From NCBI GenBank assembly GCA_014801985.1, contig JAAVDD010000010.1, forward strand, positions 35,107-99,106: a stretch of 64,000 nt of DNA, written 5' to 3'. Under the pieces are notes generated by a model. That model did no database searches. It saw only the letters and a program-made list of their open reading frames with translations, and had not been told where the DNA came from. Both the position numbers and the translations under genes were made by a program. Of the stretch, positions 8,356 through 17,888 are shown piece by piece (the stretch's first letter is position 1; each line of letters opens with the position of its first letter). The DNA is from Bacteroides sp. (lineage in GTDB: Bacteria > Bacteroidota > Bacteroidia > Bacteroidales > Muribaculaceae).

Positions 8356-11300
8356 ATGAATATTTCAACATTTATCAAGCGGCCGGTACTCTCTACCGTA
8401 ATCTCGATTTTTATCGTGATTTTCGGTATTCTGGGTCTCTTCTCGCTTCCGATTGAACAATATCCTGACATTGCACCTCCAACAATTATGGTGTCTACCA
8501 CATACACTGGAGCCAATGCTCAGTCGGTGCTGAATTCCGTTATCGCCCCTATCGAGGAACAGATCAACGGTGCGGAAAACATGGACTATATGTTCTCTCA
8601 GGCTTCTAACAATGGTTCGGCCCAAATTCAGGTTTACTTTAAACCTGGAACAGACCCTGATATGGCAGCTGTCGATGTGCAGAACCGTGTGGCAAAGGCA
8701 GCATCATTCCTGCCTTCGGAGGTTAATCAGGTAGGTGTGATCACTCAAAAACGTCAGTCATCAATGCTTATGGTCTTCGACGTATATTCCGACGATAGCA
8801 AATACTCTGAGGAATTTATCGAAAACTATATGGCAATTAATATCGTACCTGTTATCAAACGTGTCTCCGGTGTAGGTGACGCTATGGTGATGGGTGCCGA
8901 TTATAGTATGCGAATCTGGCTAAAGCCAGATGTGATGGCTCAATATTCCCTTATGCCATCTGATATCACTGCTGCACTTGCAGAACAGAATATCGAGGCT
9001 GCTCCCGGTCAATTCGGTGAGCAAGGTAATCAAAGCTATCAGTATGTAATGCGCTATAAGGGGCGTCTTCAGGATGAGACAGAGTTTGAGGATATCATTA
9101 TCCGTGCCCTACCTGATGGTAATCTGCTTCGACTCAAGGATGTTGCAGATGTTGAGCTTGGTCGTCTTTCATACGGATTCCATGCAAAAATCAATGGTCA
9201 CACGGGGTGTGCGGCTATTGTGTTCCAGGCAGCCGGCTCTAATGCCACCGAGGTTGTCAACCAAATTCAGGCTGAACTTGACAATTTCCAGAAGGAGGCT
9301 CCGAAGGGCATAAAAATCACGACTACCATGGATGTTAACCAATTCCTCTTTGCTTCTATCCATGAGGTGATCAAAACACTTATAGAGGCTTTCGTGTTGG
9401 TGTTCCTCGTGGTATTTGTGTTCCTTCAGGATTTCCGCTCCACAATTATCCCGATGATTGCCATCCCGGTGGCCCTTATCGGTACATTCTTCCTTCTTAA
9501 TATATTCGGTTTCTCCATCAACCTTCTTACCCTCTCCGCTCTCGTGCTTGCGATTGCCATTGTGGTCGATGATGCCATTGTGGTGGTGGAGGCAGTCCAT
9601 GCCAAGCTCGACCAGGGCTATACATCTTCCAAAAGGGCTGCCATTGATGCGATGAATGAGATTACTTCGGCTTTGATCTCCATTACACTTGTAATGATGC
9701 TTGTGTTCATCCCTGTTTCATTCATGGGTGGTACTACCGGAGTCTTCTATCGTCAGTTCGGTCTAACGATGGCCATGTCAATCTTCCTTTCGGCTATCAA
9801 CGCCTTGACACTCACTCCGGCTCTTTGCGCTATGTTCCTTAAACCTCATAAGACAGAAGATCAAGAGAACACCACTTTAAAGGAAAGGATGAAAGAGGCT
9901 TATTCGGTCGCAGGAGATGTGATGAAGGAAACATATAAGAAACGTGCTACACTCCATTTCCCCCCCATTATCACATTTGCGCTTCTTGTAGCTGCTGTTG
10001 TCTTCCTCGTGCTTGGATGGTATGAATTTGAGAATGTAATTCTGAGTGTCATCGCTTGCGTAGTAGCTGTTCTTGCTGTAATTGGAATCTTCACGAAAGA
10101 CTTCAAGGAGGCTTTCAACAAGTATTTCAATAAGATGCACTCACTCTACACAAAGCTATCCGGATGGTTCATTCACCACAAGATTACTGCTGCCGCTACT
10201 GTGCTTGCTTCAGTAGCCGTGCTCGTATGGTTAATGGCGACCACACCGACAGGTCTTGTTCCCGATGAAGACACCGGTACTATTATGGGTGTTGTAAATA
10301 TGCCGCCCGCAACTTCTCAAGAGCATACTCAGGCTGTCATGAACAAAGTCGATAGTTTGGCAGGTACAATTCCGGCAATCCAAATCCGAAATGCTATCAC
10401 AGGATATAGCTTCATTGGTGGTCAGGGTAACACCTACGGATCCTTTATTATCAAGCTGAAACCGTGGGAGGAACGTGACGAAGCCACCGAGAGTGCGGAT
10501 GCTGTAATAGGACAGCTCTTCCAGAAAGTATCTCAGATAAAGGAAGGAACTATAATGTTCTTCAAGCCTCCTATGATTTCAGGTTACGGTTCGACCAATG
10601 GTTTCGAGCTTCGCCTTCAGGATAAGACCGGTGGTTCGCTCGACAACTTCTTCAAGGTTTACCAGACATTTATCGGTGCCTTGAATGCTCGTCCTGAAAT
10701 CGCTATGGCATATTCAACCTTCAACCCCAATTTCCCGCAGTATCTCGTTGAACTTGATGTCGCCAAAATTAAACAGGCCGGTCTTACCCAGAATGCTGTG
10801 CTCTCCGCACTTCAGGGTTATTATGGAGGTATGTACATCTCCAACTTCAACAAGTTCGGTAAACTTTATCGTGTCATGATGCAGGCTAATGCCGAGTCTC
10901 GAGTCTCACCCGAAACACTGAGAAAAATCAAGGTTAGAAACGGTGCAGATATGGCTCCGATTGATAACTTTGTAAAGCTCACTCGGGTATATGGGCCGGA
11001 TATGATCAACCGATTTAATATGTTCACCTCTATTTCCGTTACTGGTAACCCTGCAGCAGGATATTCCTCCGGTCAGGCACTCCAAGCTGTGGCTGAGGTT
11101 GCTGCTCAGACTTTGCCATCCGGATTTGGTTTCGACTACGCAGGTATGTCGCGTGAGGAGGTTTCCAACGGATCAGGATCGACCGCATATATTTTCGCAC
11201 TTGTGCTTCTATTCGTTTACTTGATTCTTAGTGCACAGTACGAGAGTTATATTATTCCATTCGCTGTTATCCTTTCCGTGCCTTTCGGTCTGATGGGCTC

Positions 11301-11748
11301 CTTCATCTTTGCCAAGATGATGGGTGTTGACAATAACATTTACCTCCAGATTGCATTGATTATGCTTATCGGTCTGCTTGCTAAGAATGCCATCCTTATT
11401 GTGGAGTTCGCTCTTGAACGCAGACGCACAGGATTGAGTATCGTCAACTCTGCTGTTCAGGGTGCTTCCGACCGTCTCCGACCGATTCTTATGACATCTC
11501 TGGCTATGATTATCGGTCTACTTCCTATGATGTTCTCAACAGGTGCAGGTGCTAATGGTTATATTGCTCTCGGTACCGGTGCCGTTGGAGGTATGTTAAT
11601 CGGTATGATACTTCAGGTTCTAGTGGTACCTGCCTTATTTGTGGCGTTCCAGCTTATTCAGGAGAAGATCACTCCCCCGAAATGGAAAGATACAGACAAC
11701 AGCGGTATCACTTCTGAAATCGAACAGTACAGTTTTAAAAAGGACTAA
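8356..11748 (+). CDS. HAE1-family RND efflux permease (AcrB-like), 1130 aa
   Basis: FIKRPVLS start, LPIEQYPDIAPP, proton-relay motifs VVDDAIVVVE, LAKNAILIVE and RLRPILMTS. Confidence 0.95.
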   Translation: MNISTFIKRPVLSTVISIFIVIFGILGLFSLPIEQYPDIAPPTIMVSTTYTGANAQSVLNSVIAPIEEQINGAENMDYMFSQASNNGSAQIQVYFKPGTDPDMAAVDVQNRVAKAASFLPSEVNQVGVITQKRQSSMLMVFDVYSDDSKYSEEFIENYMAINIVPVIKRVSGVGDAMVMGADYSMRIWLKPDVMAQYSLMPSDITAALAEQNIEAAPGQFGEQGNQSYQYVMRYKGRLQDETEFEDIIIRALPDGNLLRLKDVADVELGRLSYGFHAKINGHTGCAAIVFQAAGSNATEVVNQIQAELDNFQKEAPKGIKITTTMDVNQFLFASIHEVIKTLIEAFVLVFLVVFVFLQDFRSTIIPMIAIPVALIGTFFLLNIFGFSINLLTLSALVLAIAIVVDDAIVVVEAVHAKLDQGYTSSKRAAIDAMNEITSALISITLVMMLVFIPVSFMGGTTGVFYRQFGLTMAMSIFLSAINALTLTPALCAMFLKPHKTEDQENTTLKERMKEAYSVAGDVMKETYKKRATLHFPPIITFALLVAAVVFLVLGWYEFENVILSVIACVVAVLAVIGIFTKDFKEAFNKYFNKMHSLYTKLSGWFIHHKITAAATVLASVAVLVWLMATTPTGLVPDEDTGTIMGVVNMPPATSQEHTQAVMNKVDSLAGTIPAIQIRNAITGYSFIGGQGNTYGSFIIKLKPWEERDEATESADAVIGQLFQKVSQIKEGTIMFFKPPMISGYGSTNGFELRLQDKTGGSLDNFFKVYQTFIGALNARPEIAMAYSTFNPNFPQYLVELDVAKIKQAGLTQNAVLSALQGYYGGMYISNFNKFGKLYRVMMQANAESRVSPETLRKIKVRNGADMAPIDNFVKLTRVYGPDMINRFNMFTSISVTGNPAAGYSSGQALQAVAEVAAQTLPSGFGFDYAGMSREEVSNGSGSTAYIFALVLLFVYLILSAQYESYIIPFAVILSVPFGLMGSFIFAKMMGVDNNIYLQIALIMLIGLLAKNAILIVEFALERRRTGLSIVNSAVQGASDRLRPILMTSLAMIIGLLPMMFSTGAGANGYIALGTGAVGGMLIGMILQVLVVPALFVAFQLIQEKITPPKWKDTDNSGITSEIEQYSFKKD

Positions 11749-11759
11749 GCTTTAACGAA

Positions 11760-11790
11760 GCATGGCAGAAGGATATTTCTTCTGCCATGC
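11760..11790 (+). other. Intergenic hairpin between the RND permease and OMF genes (mRNA stability or attenuation)
   Basis: GCATGGCAGAAG / CTTCTGCCATGC stem with no poly-T tail. Confidence 0.55.
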
Positions 11791-11807
11791 CCCCTATCTT
11801 AAAAAAA

Positions 11808-13184
11808 ATGAACAGATATATTAAATATTCTTTAGTGCTTGCAGCCGTTATCTCTCTTTCGAGCTGTAACATCTATAAGAAATATGAGCTTCCTACGGAG
11901 AATAATGTTTACGTCTCCGACTTCAAGAAAGCTTCAGAAATTGCCGATACCACCGGGTTGGATTATCTGAAATGGGATGAGGTCTTCACCGATCCCATTC
12001 TTCAGAAGTATATCCGTATGGCACTTGACAACAACCGCAGTCTGGAAGATGCCCGCTTGAATGTGGAGATGGCAGAAGCTCAGCTGAAGGGAGCTAAACT
12101 CAGCTATTTCCCGGCCGTTTCCCTCAATCCAAACGGAGGATCTGCAAGTTACGGAGGAAGCCACATGAACTGGTCGTACACCATTCCTCTTGCAATCAAC
12201 TGGGAAGTGGATGTATTCGGAAAGATCCTCAATCGCAAAAGAGGAGCACAAGTATCCAAGGAACAGATGTTGGATTATGAGCAGGCCGTTCGTTCGCAGA
12301 TAATCTGCGGGGTTGCTAAGACCTATTATGCCCTCGTACTTCTCAACCAGCAACTTGATCTGACTCTCCGCACATCCGAAATATGGAAAGATCAGGTGGA
12401 ATCTATGAAGCTCATGAAAGAGGCTGCATATACTAATGAGGCAGCCGTGGTGCAGAGTGAAGCAAATTATTACAGTATACTTGCTTCTATTCCCGACATC
12501 CGTCAAAGTATTACCACCACTCAGAATTCACTATCTCTTCTCCTGGGTGTTTATCCACAGGAATGGAGCGTTTCCTCCAATCTTGATTTCAACCTCCCGG
12601 TCTCTATTGAAAACGGTGTCCCTATCTCCTATCTGGCTTCCCGTCCTGATGTCAGAGCAGCCGAACGTGGAGTGGCAGCCGCATATTATTCTACTAATAG
12701 TGCCCGGGCAGCCTTCTATCCCTCGCTTAATATCTCCTCTAACGGTGGTTTTACAAACCTTCTCGGTAGCCTGATCACCAATCCGGGGAAATGGTTTATC
12801 CAGCTTGCCGGACAGCTCACCGCTCCCCTATTCTCAAGAGGAACAAACATTGCCAATCTTGAAGTTGCCAAAGCCAAACAGGAACAAGCGATGAACGCTT
12901 TTGAGACCACTATTCTTACTGCAAGTTCAGACGTCAGCAATGCCCTGGCTCAGTATAAGGCAAGCGAGGAGAAACGTGAAGCGCTCGTCAAGCAGGTGGA
13001 GAGTCTTGAAAAATCTGTTGAATATACTCAGGAATTGTTTACCCTCGACCAAAAGACCACTTATCTTGAAGTGCTGACAGCACGTTCAAGCTTGCTGAAT
13101 GCACAGCTTTCAAGCCTTGCGTGCTGGCATAACAAAGTGGTGGCTCTCATAAGCCTTTATCAGGCGGTCGGAGGCGGACGCTAA
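11808..13184 (+). CDS. Outer-membrane factor lipoprotein (TolC/OprM/NodT family)
   Basis: Start placed at MNRYIK. Lipobox LSSC, WEVDVFGK, RPDVRAAE, ARAAFYP, LYQAVGGG C-terminus. Confidence 0.93.
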   Translation: MNRYIKYSLVLAAVISLSSCNIYKKYELPTENNVYVSDFKKASEIADTTGLDYLKWDEVFTDPILQKYIRMALDNNRSLEDARLNVEMAEAQLKGAKLSYFPAVSLNPNGGSASYGGSHMNWSYTIPLAINWEVDVFGKILNRKRGAQVSKEQMLDYEQAVRSQIICGVAKTYYALVLLNQQLDLTLRTSEIWKDQVESMKLMKEAAYTNEAAVVQSEANYYSILASIPDIRQSITTTQNSLSLLLGVYPQEWSVSSNLDFNLPVSIENGVPISYLASRPDVRAAERGVAAAYYSTNSARAAFYPSLNISSNGGFTNLLGSLITNPGKWFIQLAGQLTAPLFSRGTNIANLEVAKAKQEQAMNAFETTILTASSDVSNALAQYKASEEKREALVKQVESLEKSVEYTQELFTLDQKTTYLEVLTARSSLLNAQLSSLACWHNKVVALISLYQAVGGGR

Positions 13185-13210
13185 CTAATAATCTTAAAAT
13201 CGAATTTACT

Positions 13211-14005
13211 ATGTCAAAAATCAGTCCTTTGGCTTTCATCCATCCTGAAGCTGAAATCGGAGACAATGTCACTATTAGCGCATTCGCATATATTGACAAG
13301 AATGTTGTTATCGATGACGATTGTGTGATCTGCCCTCACGTAAGCATCCTTTCCGGTGCACGTATTGGAAAAGGGAATGTTTTCTTCGACGGTTGCATCA
13401 TCTCCGCCTCTCCTCAGGATTTCCGATGGAAAGGCGACGACAGCTTCGTGGTGATCGGAGACAACAACAAGATTCGTGAACACGTGATCATTAACCGTAG
13501 CATCTTCCCCGGTGGAGCTACAAAGATAGGAAACAACTCCTTTATTATGGCTCAAAGCCATATTGCCCATGATTCCGTAATCGGTGACTGGGTGGTGATT
13601 GGAAATGCTGTTAAGATTGCAGGTAATTGTAAAATCAACAACTATACCATCCTATCTTCCAATGCTCTCGTTCATGAGAACTGCGAAATCGGAGAATGGG
13701 TATTGGTTAAGGGAGGTTGCCGCGTAAACAATCACGTGCCTCCATTTGTGATTATGGCTCATAATCCTATTGAGTATTATGGCGTGAATGCCTATATCCT
13801 GAGAAAGGGTAGGAAAACAGATGAGATAATCGACGATATAGCAAAATGTTATCGTCACATCTATCAGACCAATACCTCTCCAGGAAATGCATACAAGCGT
13901 ATCCTATCCGATGTGGAGGAGAGTAAGGAGCGTCAGGAAGTCCTCGATTTCCTGAAAGAACATAACTACAAACTGGCGGCTCTTCCGGACATAAATGAAG
14001 AGTGA
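13211..14005 (+). CDS. lpxA: Acyl-ACP--UDP-GlcNAc O-acyltransferase (LpxA) paralogue
   Basis: ISPLAFIHPEA start, hexapeptide LbH repeats, PQD, IGDNNKIREHVIINR, SHIAHD, VPPF, helical C-terminal domain. Confidence 0.8.
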   Translation: MSKISPLAFIHPEAEIGDNVTISAFAYIDKNVVIDDDCVICPHVSILSGARIGKGNVFFDGCIISASPQDFRWKGDDSFVVIGDNNKIREHVIINRSIFPGGATKIGNNSFIMAQSHIAHDSVIGDWVVIGNAVKIAGNCKINNYTILSSNALVHENCEIGEWVLVKGGCRVNNHVPPFVIMAHNPIEYYGVNAYILRKGRKTDEIIDDIAKCYRHIYQTNTSPGNAYKRILSDVEESKERQEVLDFLKEHNYKLAALPDINEE

Positions 14006-14035
14006 GAAAAGCAGAGTTAAGATCTTATATCTAAG

Positions 14036-14066
14036 AAAAGGAGCGGCTTCCGCTCCTTTTTTATTT
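14036..14066 (+). terminator. Intrinsic terminator closing the RND-lpxA operon
   Basis: AAAAGGAGCGG-CTT-CCGCTCCTTTT followed by TTATTT. Confidence 0.85.
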
Positions 14067-14096
14067 ATTACTGTAGAATATTTCAAAATGTTTCGT

Positions 14097-14104
14097 TAAT
14101 TTTG
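14097..14104 (+). promoter_or_regulatory. -7 promoter element for cdsA
   Basis: TAATTTTG ending 19 nt before the ATG. Confidence 0.55.
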
Positions 14105-14123
14105 TATCCCGAATTTATAGATT

Positions 14124-14948
14124 ATGGATATAAAGAAACTACTGACAAGAAGTGTTTCAGGACTCGTCTACGTGCTCCTGATTATTGGATGTGTATTATG
14201 GGGTTCGACAGGTATCGCGGTCTTGGGAATCCTTTTGGCTATTCTCTCCACTTTTGAACTGGAAAAGATAATTCACGAAGCCAGGCCTCGAAGGATGCCT
14301 TTAGTGGCACTCGACATGTTGGGAGTGGTGCTTCTCGCTGTCTCTTTCAATCCCGTCATTCCGGTGGTACCATTGGTTCTTTGGATTTTAGTCATTCTTG
14401 CGCGCCTGATACTTGAATTATACGCAAAGGATGAGAATCCTCTAAAAAGTATGGCCCATTCCATATTTGTCCAGATATATATCGGTTTGCCATTGTGTGC
14501 AATGAGCATTACATCCTTAATCGTTGTGCCCAAGGCCATATTACTTGTTTTCCTTTTCTTATGGATCAACGACACGGGAGCATATCTTGTCGGGAGCATG
14601 GTGGGTAAACATCGCCTTTTTGAACGCATCTCTCCAAAAAAATCTTGGGAAGGTTTCTTTGGAGGATTAGTGTTTAATCTAATTGCAGCATCTATTTTCT
14701 GCTATTGCAGCTCAACCTTCATGGGTCTTCACGCCAATATTATTCAATGGCTTATTTTTGCACTCATTGTTACGGTTTTCGGCACATGGGGCGACCTTAT
14801 TGAATCCATGATAAAACGTCATCTGAATATAAAAGATTCCGGAAATCTTATTCCGGGTCATGGTGGTATCCTCGACAGAATAGATTCTTTTCTTCTCGCT
14901 ATGCCTGCTGTTTTAGTTTTCTTCTCCTTTATATATCTATATCAATAA
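14124..14948 (+). CDS. cdsA: Phosphatidate cytidylyltransferase
   Basis: Multi-TM protein with DTGAY..G, ISPKKSWEG, GDLIESMIKR, KDSG.LIPGHGGILDRIDS. Confidence 0.95.
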   Translation: MDIKKLLTRSVSGLVYVLLIIGCVLWGSTGIAVLGILLAILSTFELEKIIHEARPRRMPLVALDMLGVVLLAVSFNPVIPVVPLVLWILVILARLILELYAKDENPLKSMAHSIFVQIYIGLPLCAMSITSLIVVPKAILLVFLFLWINDTGAYLVGSMVGKHRLFERISPKKSWEGFFGGLVFNLIAASIFCYCSSTFMGLHANIIQWLIFALIVTVFGTWGDLIESMIKRHLNIKDSGNLIPGHGGILDRIDSFLLAMPAVLVFFSFIYLYQ

Positions 14949-15002
14949 GTAGATGATAAATCTTAAGACAACCCTCTCAACAGAGATCGTACAATAAAAT
15001 AG

Positions 15003-15045
15003 AAATCATCCCGGACCTTCAATAGTAAAGTCCGGGATGATTTTT
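15003..15045. terminator. Bidirectional terminator between convergent cdsA and PorT-like genes
   Basis: AAATCATCCCGGAC / GTCCGGGATGATTT with A and T flanks. Confidence 0.8.
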
Positions 15046-15102
15046 ATTTATACTGAAGCCACAGATGGGCCTTAGAAATAAATCAAATGATATACTTCAT
15101 AT

Positions 15103-15798
15103 TTATTTTATCCTAAACCAATATCCCGCAGAAATCATGATCGACATAGAATTGGAACCTCTGATATTCTCAGCCCGACCTGACTTAAGCACGTTCCCCA
15201 ATCCATAATAGAATCTACCCTCCAAATAGACAGAGTTCTTACGGTTGATATTAAATTCGCCTCCTAAGCCGGCAGAGATACCATAATCAACCTTAGGGTC
15301 AGCATTCATAAGATACTGATAGGTGTTGCGAGCCGGGAAACCTGATATTCCAGAGACGTTGGTGTAATCAAAATTTGATTTCGTGCTTTCCCCTATCATA
15401 AAGCCTATTTCCGGACCGGCATTGAAAAAGAATCGTCCTCTTCTTCCAAAATATATATGAGCAAGGAACGGGATCTGTATATAATTCAGTGTACGGGAAT
15501 AGCTGAAAGGATGTTCCTCAAAATTCTCTTTCCATCCTCTCTGTTCGAAATTCACCTCTGCAATTAATCCGAAATGATTCTCTTCTATGTATCTGAATGT
15601 GGCACCAAAATTTATTCCGGGTAACATCCCTTGCTTAACACTCGGAGTGAAATTTACCATAGATAAATCCACTCCCCCCTTTGCTCCGATTGAGATATTG
15701 GCATTATAATGCGTCTGTGAGTTTCCGGTAAAAGAAACACACATCAGACCGGAAGCAAAGAGTAACCGAAGGACTTTTTTTCTTATATATTTTTTCAT
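15103..15798 (-). CDS. PorT-family outer-membrane beta-barrel protein
   Basis: Signal peptide, IGAKGG, EVNFEQRGW, LNYIQIP, FFNAGP, EGRFYYGL, C-terminal aromatic strand. Confidence 0.8.
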   Translation of the reverse strand: MKKYIRKKVLRLLFASGLMCVSFTGNSQTHYNANISIGAKGGVDLSMVNFTPSVKQGMLPGINFGATFRYIEENHFGLIAEVNFEQRGWKENFEEHPFSYSRTLNYIQIPFLAHIYFGRRGRFFFNAGPEIGFMIGESTKSNFDYTNVSGISGFPARNTYQYLMNADPKVDYGISAGLGGEFNINRKNSVYLEGRFYYGLGNVLKSGRAENIRGSNSMSIMISAGYWFRIK

Positions 15799-15804
15799 TT
15801 TCCC

Positions 15805-17757
15805 TTATTTCACTTTCTGCTTTTCTATTGTGCCATAAGGAGTGAATCTAACAAGATAAACCATTGGATTCATCATTCCGCTCCAATTTTCCAGACGTAT
15901 GAGATCAAAATCAGACTGCACCGTTGAGTTACTCTGCTTGAAATTATTTATATCTCCACCTGTTGAAACCCAAGAGGGAATGAAATATAATGCTTCGTCA
16001 TATCCCATAGTAGAATACATGGGGAAAGACTTCGCTGGAGTCATATTGAAGAGTTGATGATATTCAGATATGAACTGCTTTGCATCCTCAGATCCCTTGT
16101 CATAATAGAAACGAGCGGGGATGTATAGGTCAGCCTTATGAAAGGTATCCTTAAGGCTTTCATCATAGACAATCCAGCTGGGACGTCCGACAATATTTAT
16201 TGTCACATTCATATTATCCTCCTTAAGTTTTCCTACACTCTCCACGAGATTGGAGATATCGTCTTTCTTCGAAACATTTCCGAACACAAGATAACTCCCG
16301 GAGCCAAATGGAAATTCTTCAAGTGCTTCCACTGAGGTGAAACGCAATATTTTTGAATCCCCCCATTTATTTTCCAAAATAGAAAGAAGCATATCGTTGG
16401 AGTCATTCTCCGCTCCTACCACTACCAATTTAGAGTCTTGATAACGGTTATAAAGAGTGTTCACCACCTCATCATTGAAATAATTAGATGGAGTAAGGAT
16501 ATTCACGAAATATGGGTTGGTCATGAAAGTCTCATCCTTCAAATCGAATGTATTTATCACCGGAACTCTACTGACAAGAGCATAATCCGCAAAAAATTCC
16601 GGTGTATTCTTCTCGTAGGTAGTAAATATTATGGATGGATTATAGCTGCCGAGGCTATCTATCAAGGCATCATGACTCTTCCGGCCGTCAAACACCTTTA
16701 CATTCAGGCGATAGGATGAATTCTTCACTTTGTTCACACCTGTGAGGAACCCTCGCGTGAAATCAAGGTCTTTCTTGGATGTCGGATCGAACATCACAAT
16801 TCCCACTCTCATCTCCATCATTGAATCCTTGGAGGATACAATCTTATGGACATCACCATAGATTTCACTGACACCTGTCAATGTCAATTCTCTTGGATCC
16901 TCCGTGATGACAGTTTTTGTCACAGAATCAAGTGCCAATTCCGGAACCCCTATAATCTGATTTGATTTCAGGTTATTCTTTCCTCCATTGGCATTCTTGA
17001 GATCCTCAACACTTACTCCGGTCTTTTCCGCTATGCTATCCCAGGTATCCTTTTTTTCAACTTTATAGCTTGAGAACCCAACCACTGTCGGCTCCTCCAC
17101 AACAGAAGTCTCTATCTTTAGGCCTTCTCCATATCGAGGCACTTTCAGCCTTTCACCCGCTCTGAAATTATCTTCGGAAATTCCAGGATTATTATTCAGA
17201 ATGGCAGCAACGGTCGTATTGAATGTGCGAGCAAGCTGATAAAGAGTGTCTCCCCTTTTAATTTCATAGAATTCCGGATTCTCATTCGATGTAGGAGCAA
17301 TAGCTGTATCCTTCACTTTCAAGAGCTCTCCCGCCTTTATTCCTGCACGTGAGCCGGGATTCATCGAGTAGAGCTTTTCAATAGGAATTTTATACATCAA
17401 GGAGATACTGTATACGGTCTCCCCTTTCTTCACAAGATGAGTGAGCGGTTCGATAAACTCCTCTGAATCCAAAGGAGTATCGGTTCCTTTCTCGCGTTCC
17501 GGAACGCAAGGATAATAAATCTTTGTCCCCTTGGCCATGGGACTCAGCACTTTTGAATTAATACGCATCAGCTCCTCAAGATCCCATTTGAAATCATTGG
17601 CTATATTGAAAAAAGTCTGATTCTTTTTTGCCTCATATACATAATACTGTTTGCCATGCACATCCACAACCGGGAGCTTCATCTTCCCTGATTGAGCAAA
17701 AGAAGTGAAGGCAATCAACCCTATACCTAAAGAGGAAATGAATTCTTTATGCGTCAT
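15805..17757 (-). CDS. Secreted multi-LysM protein with a C-terminal type-1 periplasmic-binding-like domain
   Basis: Four LysM-like units (YEAKKNQTFF, HLVKKGETVYSI, YEIKRGDTLYQLA, YKVEKKDTWDSIA); C-terminal DFTRGFL and GYD motifs. Confidence 0.8.
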   Translation of the reverse strand: MTHKEFISSLGIGLIAFTSFAQSGKMKLPVVDVHGKQYYVYEAKKNQTFFNIANDFKWDLEELMRINSKVLSPMAKGTKIYYPCVPEREKGTDTPLDSEEFIEPLTHLVKKGETVYSISLMYKIPIEKLYSMNPGSRAGIKAGELLKVKDTAIAPTSNENPEFYEIKRGDTLYQLARTFNTTVAAILNNNPGISEDNFRAGERLKVPRYGEGLKIETSVVEEPTVVGFSSYKVEKKDTWDSIAEKTGVSVEDLKNANGGKNNLKSNQIIGVPELALDSVTKTVITEDPRELTLTGVSEIYGDVHKIVSSKDSMMEMRVGIVMFDPTSKKDLDFTRGFLTGVNKVKNSSYRLNVKVFDGRKSHDALIDSLGSYNPSIIFTTYEKNTPEFFADYALVSRVPVINTFDLKDETFMTNPYFVNILTPSNYFNDEVVNTLYNRYQDSKLVVVGAENDSNDMLLSILENKWGDSKILRFTSVEALEEFPFGSGSYLVFGNVSKKDDISNLVESVGKLKEDNMNVTINIVGRPSWIVYDESLKDTFHKADLYIPARFYYDKGSEDAKQFISEYHQLFNMTPAKSFPMYSTMGYDEALYFIPSWVSTGGDINNFKQSNSTVQSDFDLIRLENWSGMMNPMVYLVRFTPYGTIEKQKVK

Positions 17758-17807
17758 TGTATGTTCTATCCTGTTATCTGAAAATTCCTATGTTGGAATA
17801 TGAACTA

Positions 17808-17815
17808 CAAAATTA
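17808..17815 (-). promoter_or_regulatory. -7 element for the LysM/PorT operon
   Basis: TAATTTTG on the minus strand, 50 nt upstream of the ATG. Confidence 0.5.
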
Positions 17816-17858
17816 ACAAAATATCTTCAGATTAATAGGATATTTGCCGAGATTCTTG

Positions 17859-17866
17859 TATTTTTG
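17859..17866 (+). promoter_or_regulatory. -7 element for the NSS transporter transcript
   Basis: TATTTTTG. It places the structured element inside the 5' UTR. Confidence 0.45.
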
Positions 17867-17888
17867 TAATAAAATTACTATATAGAAC

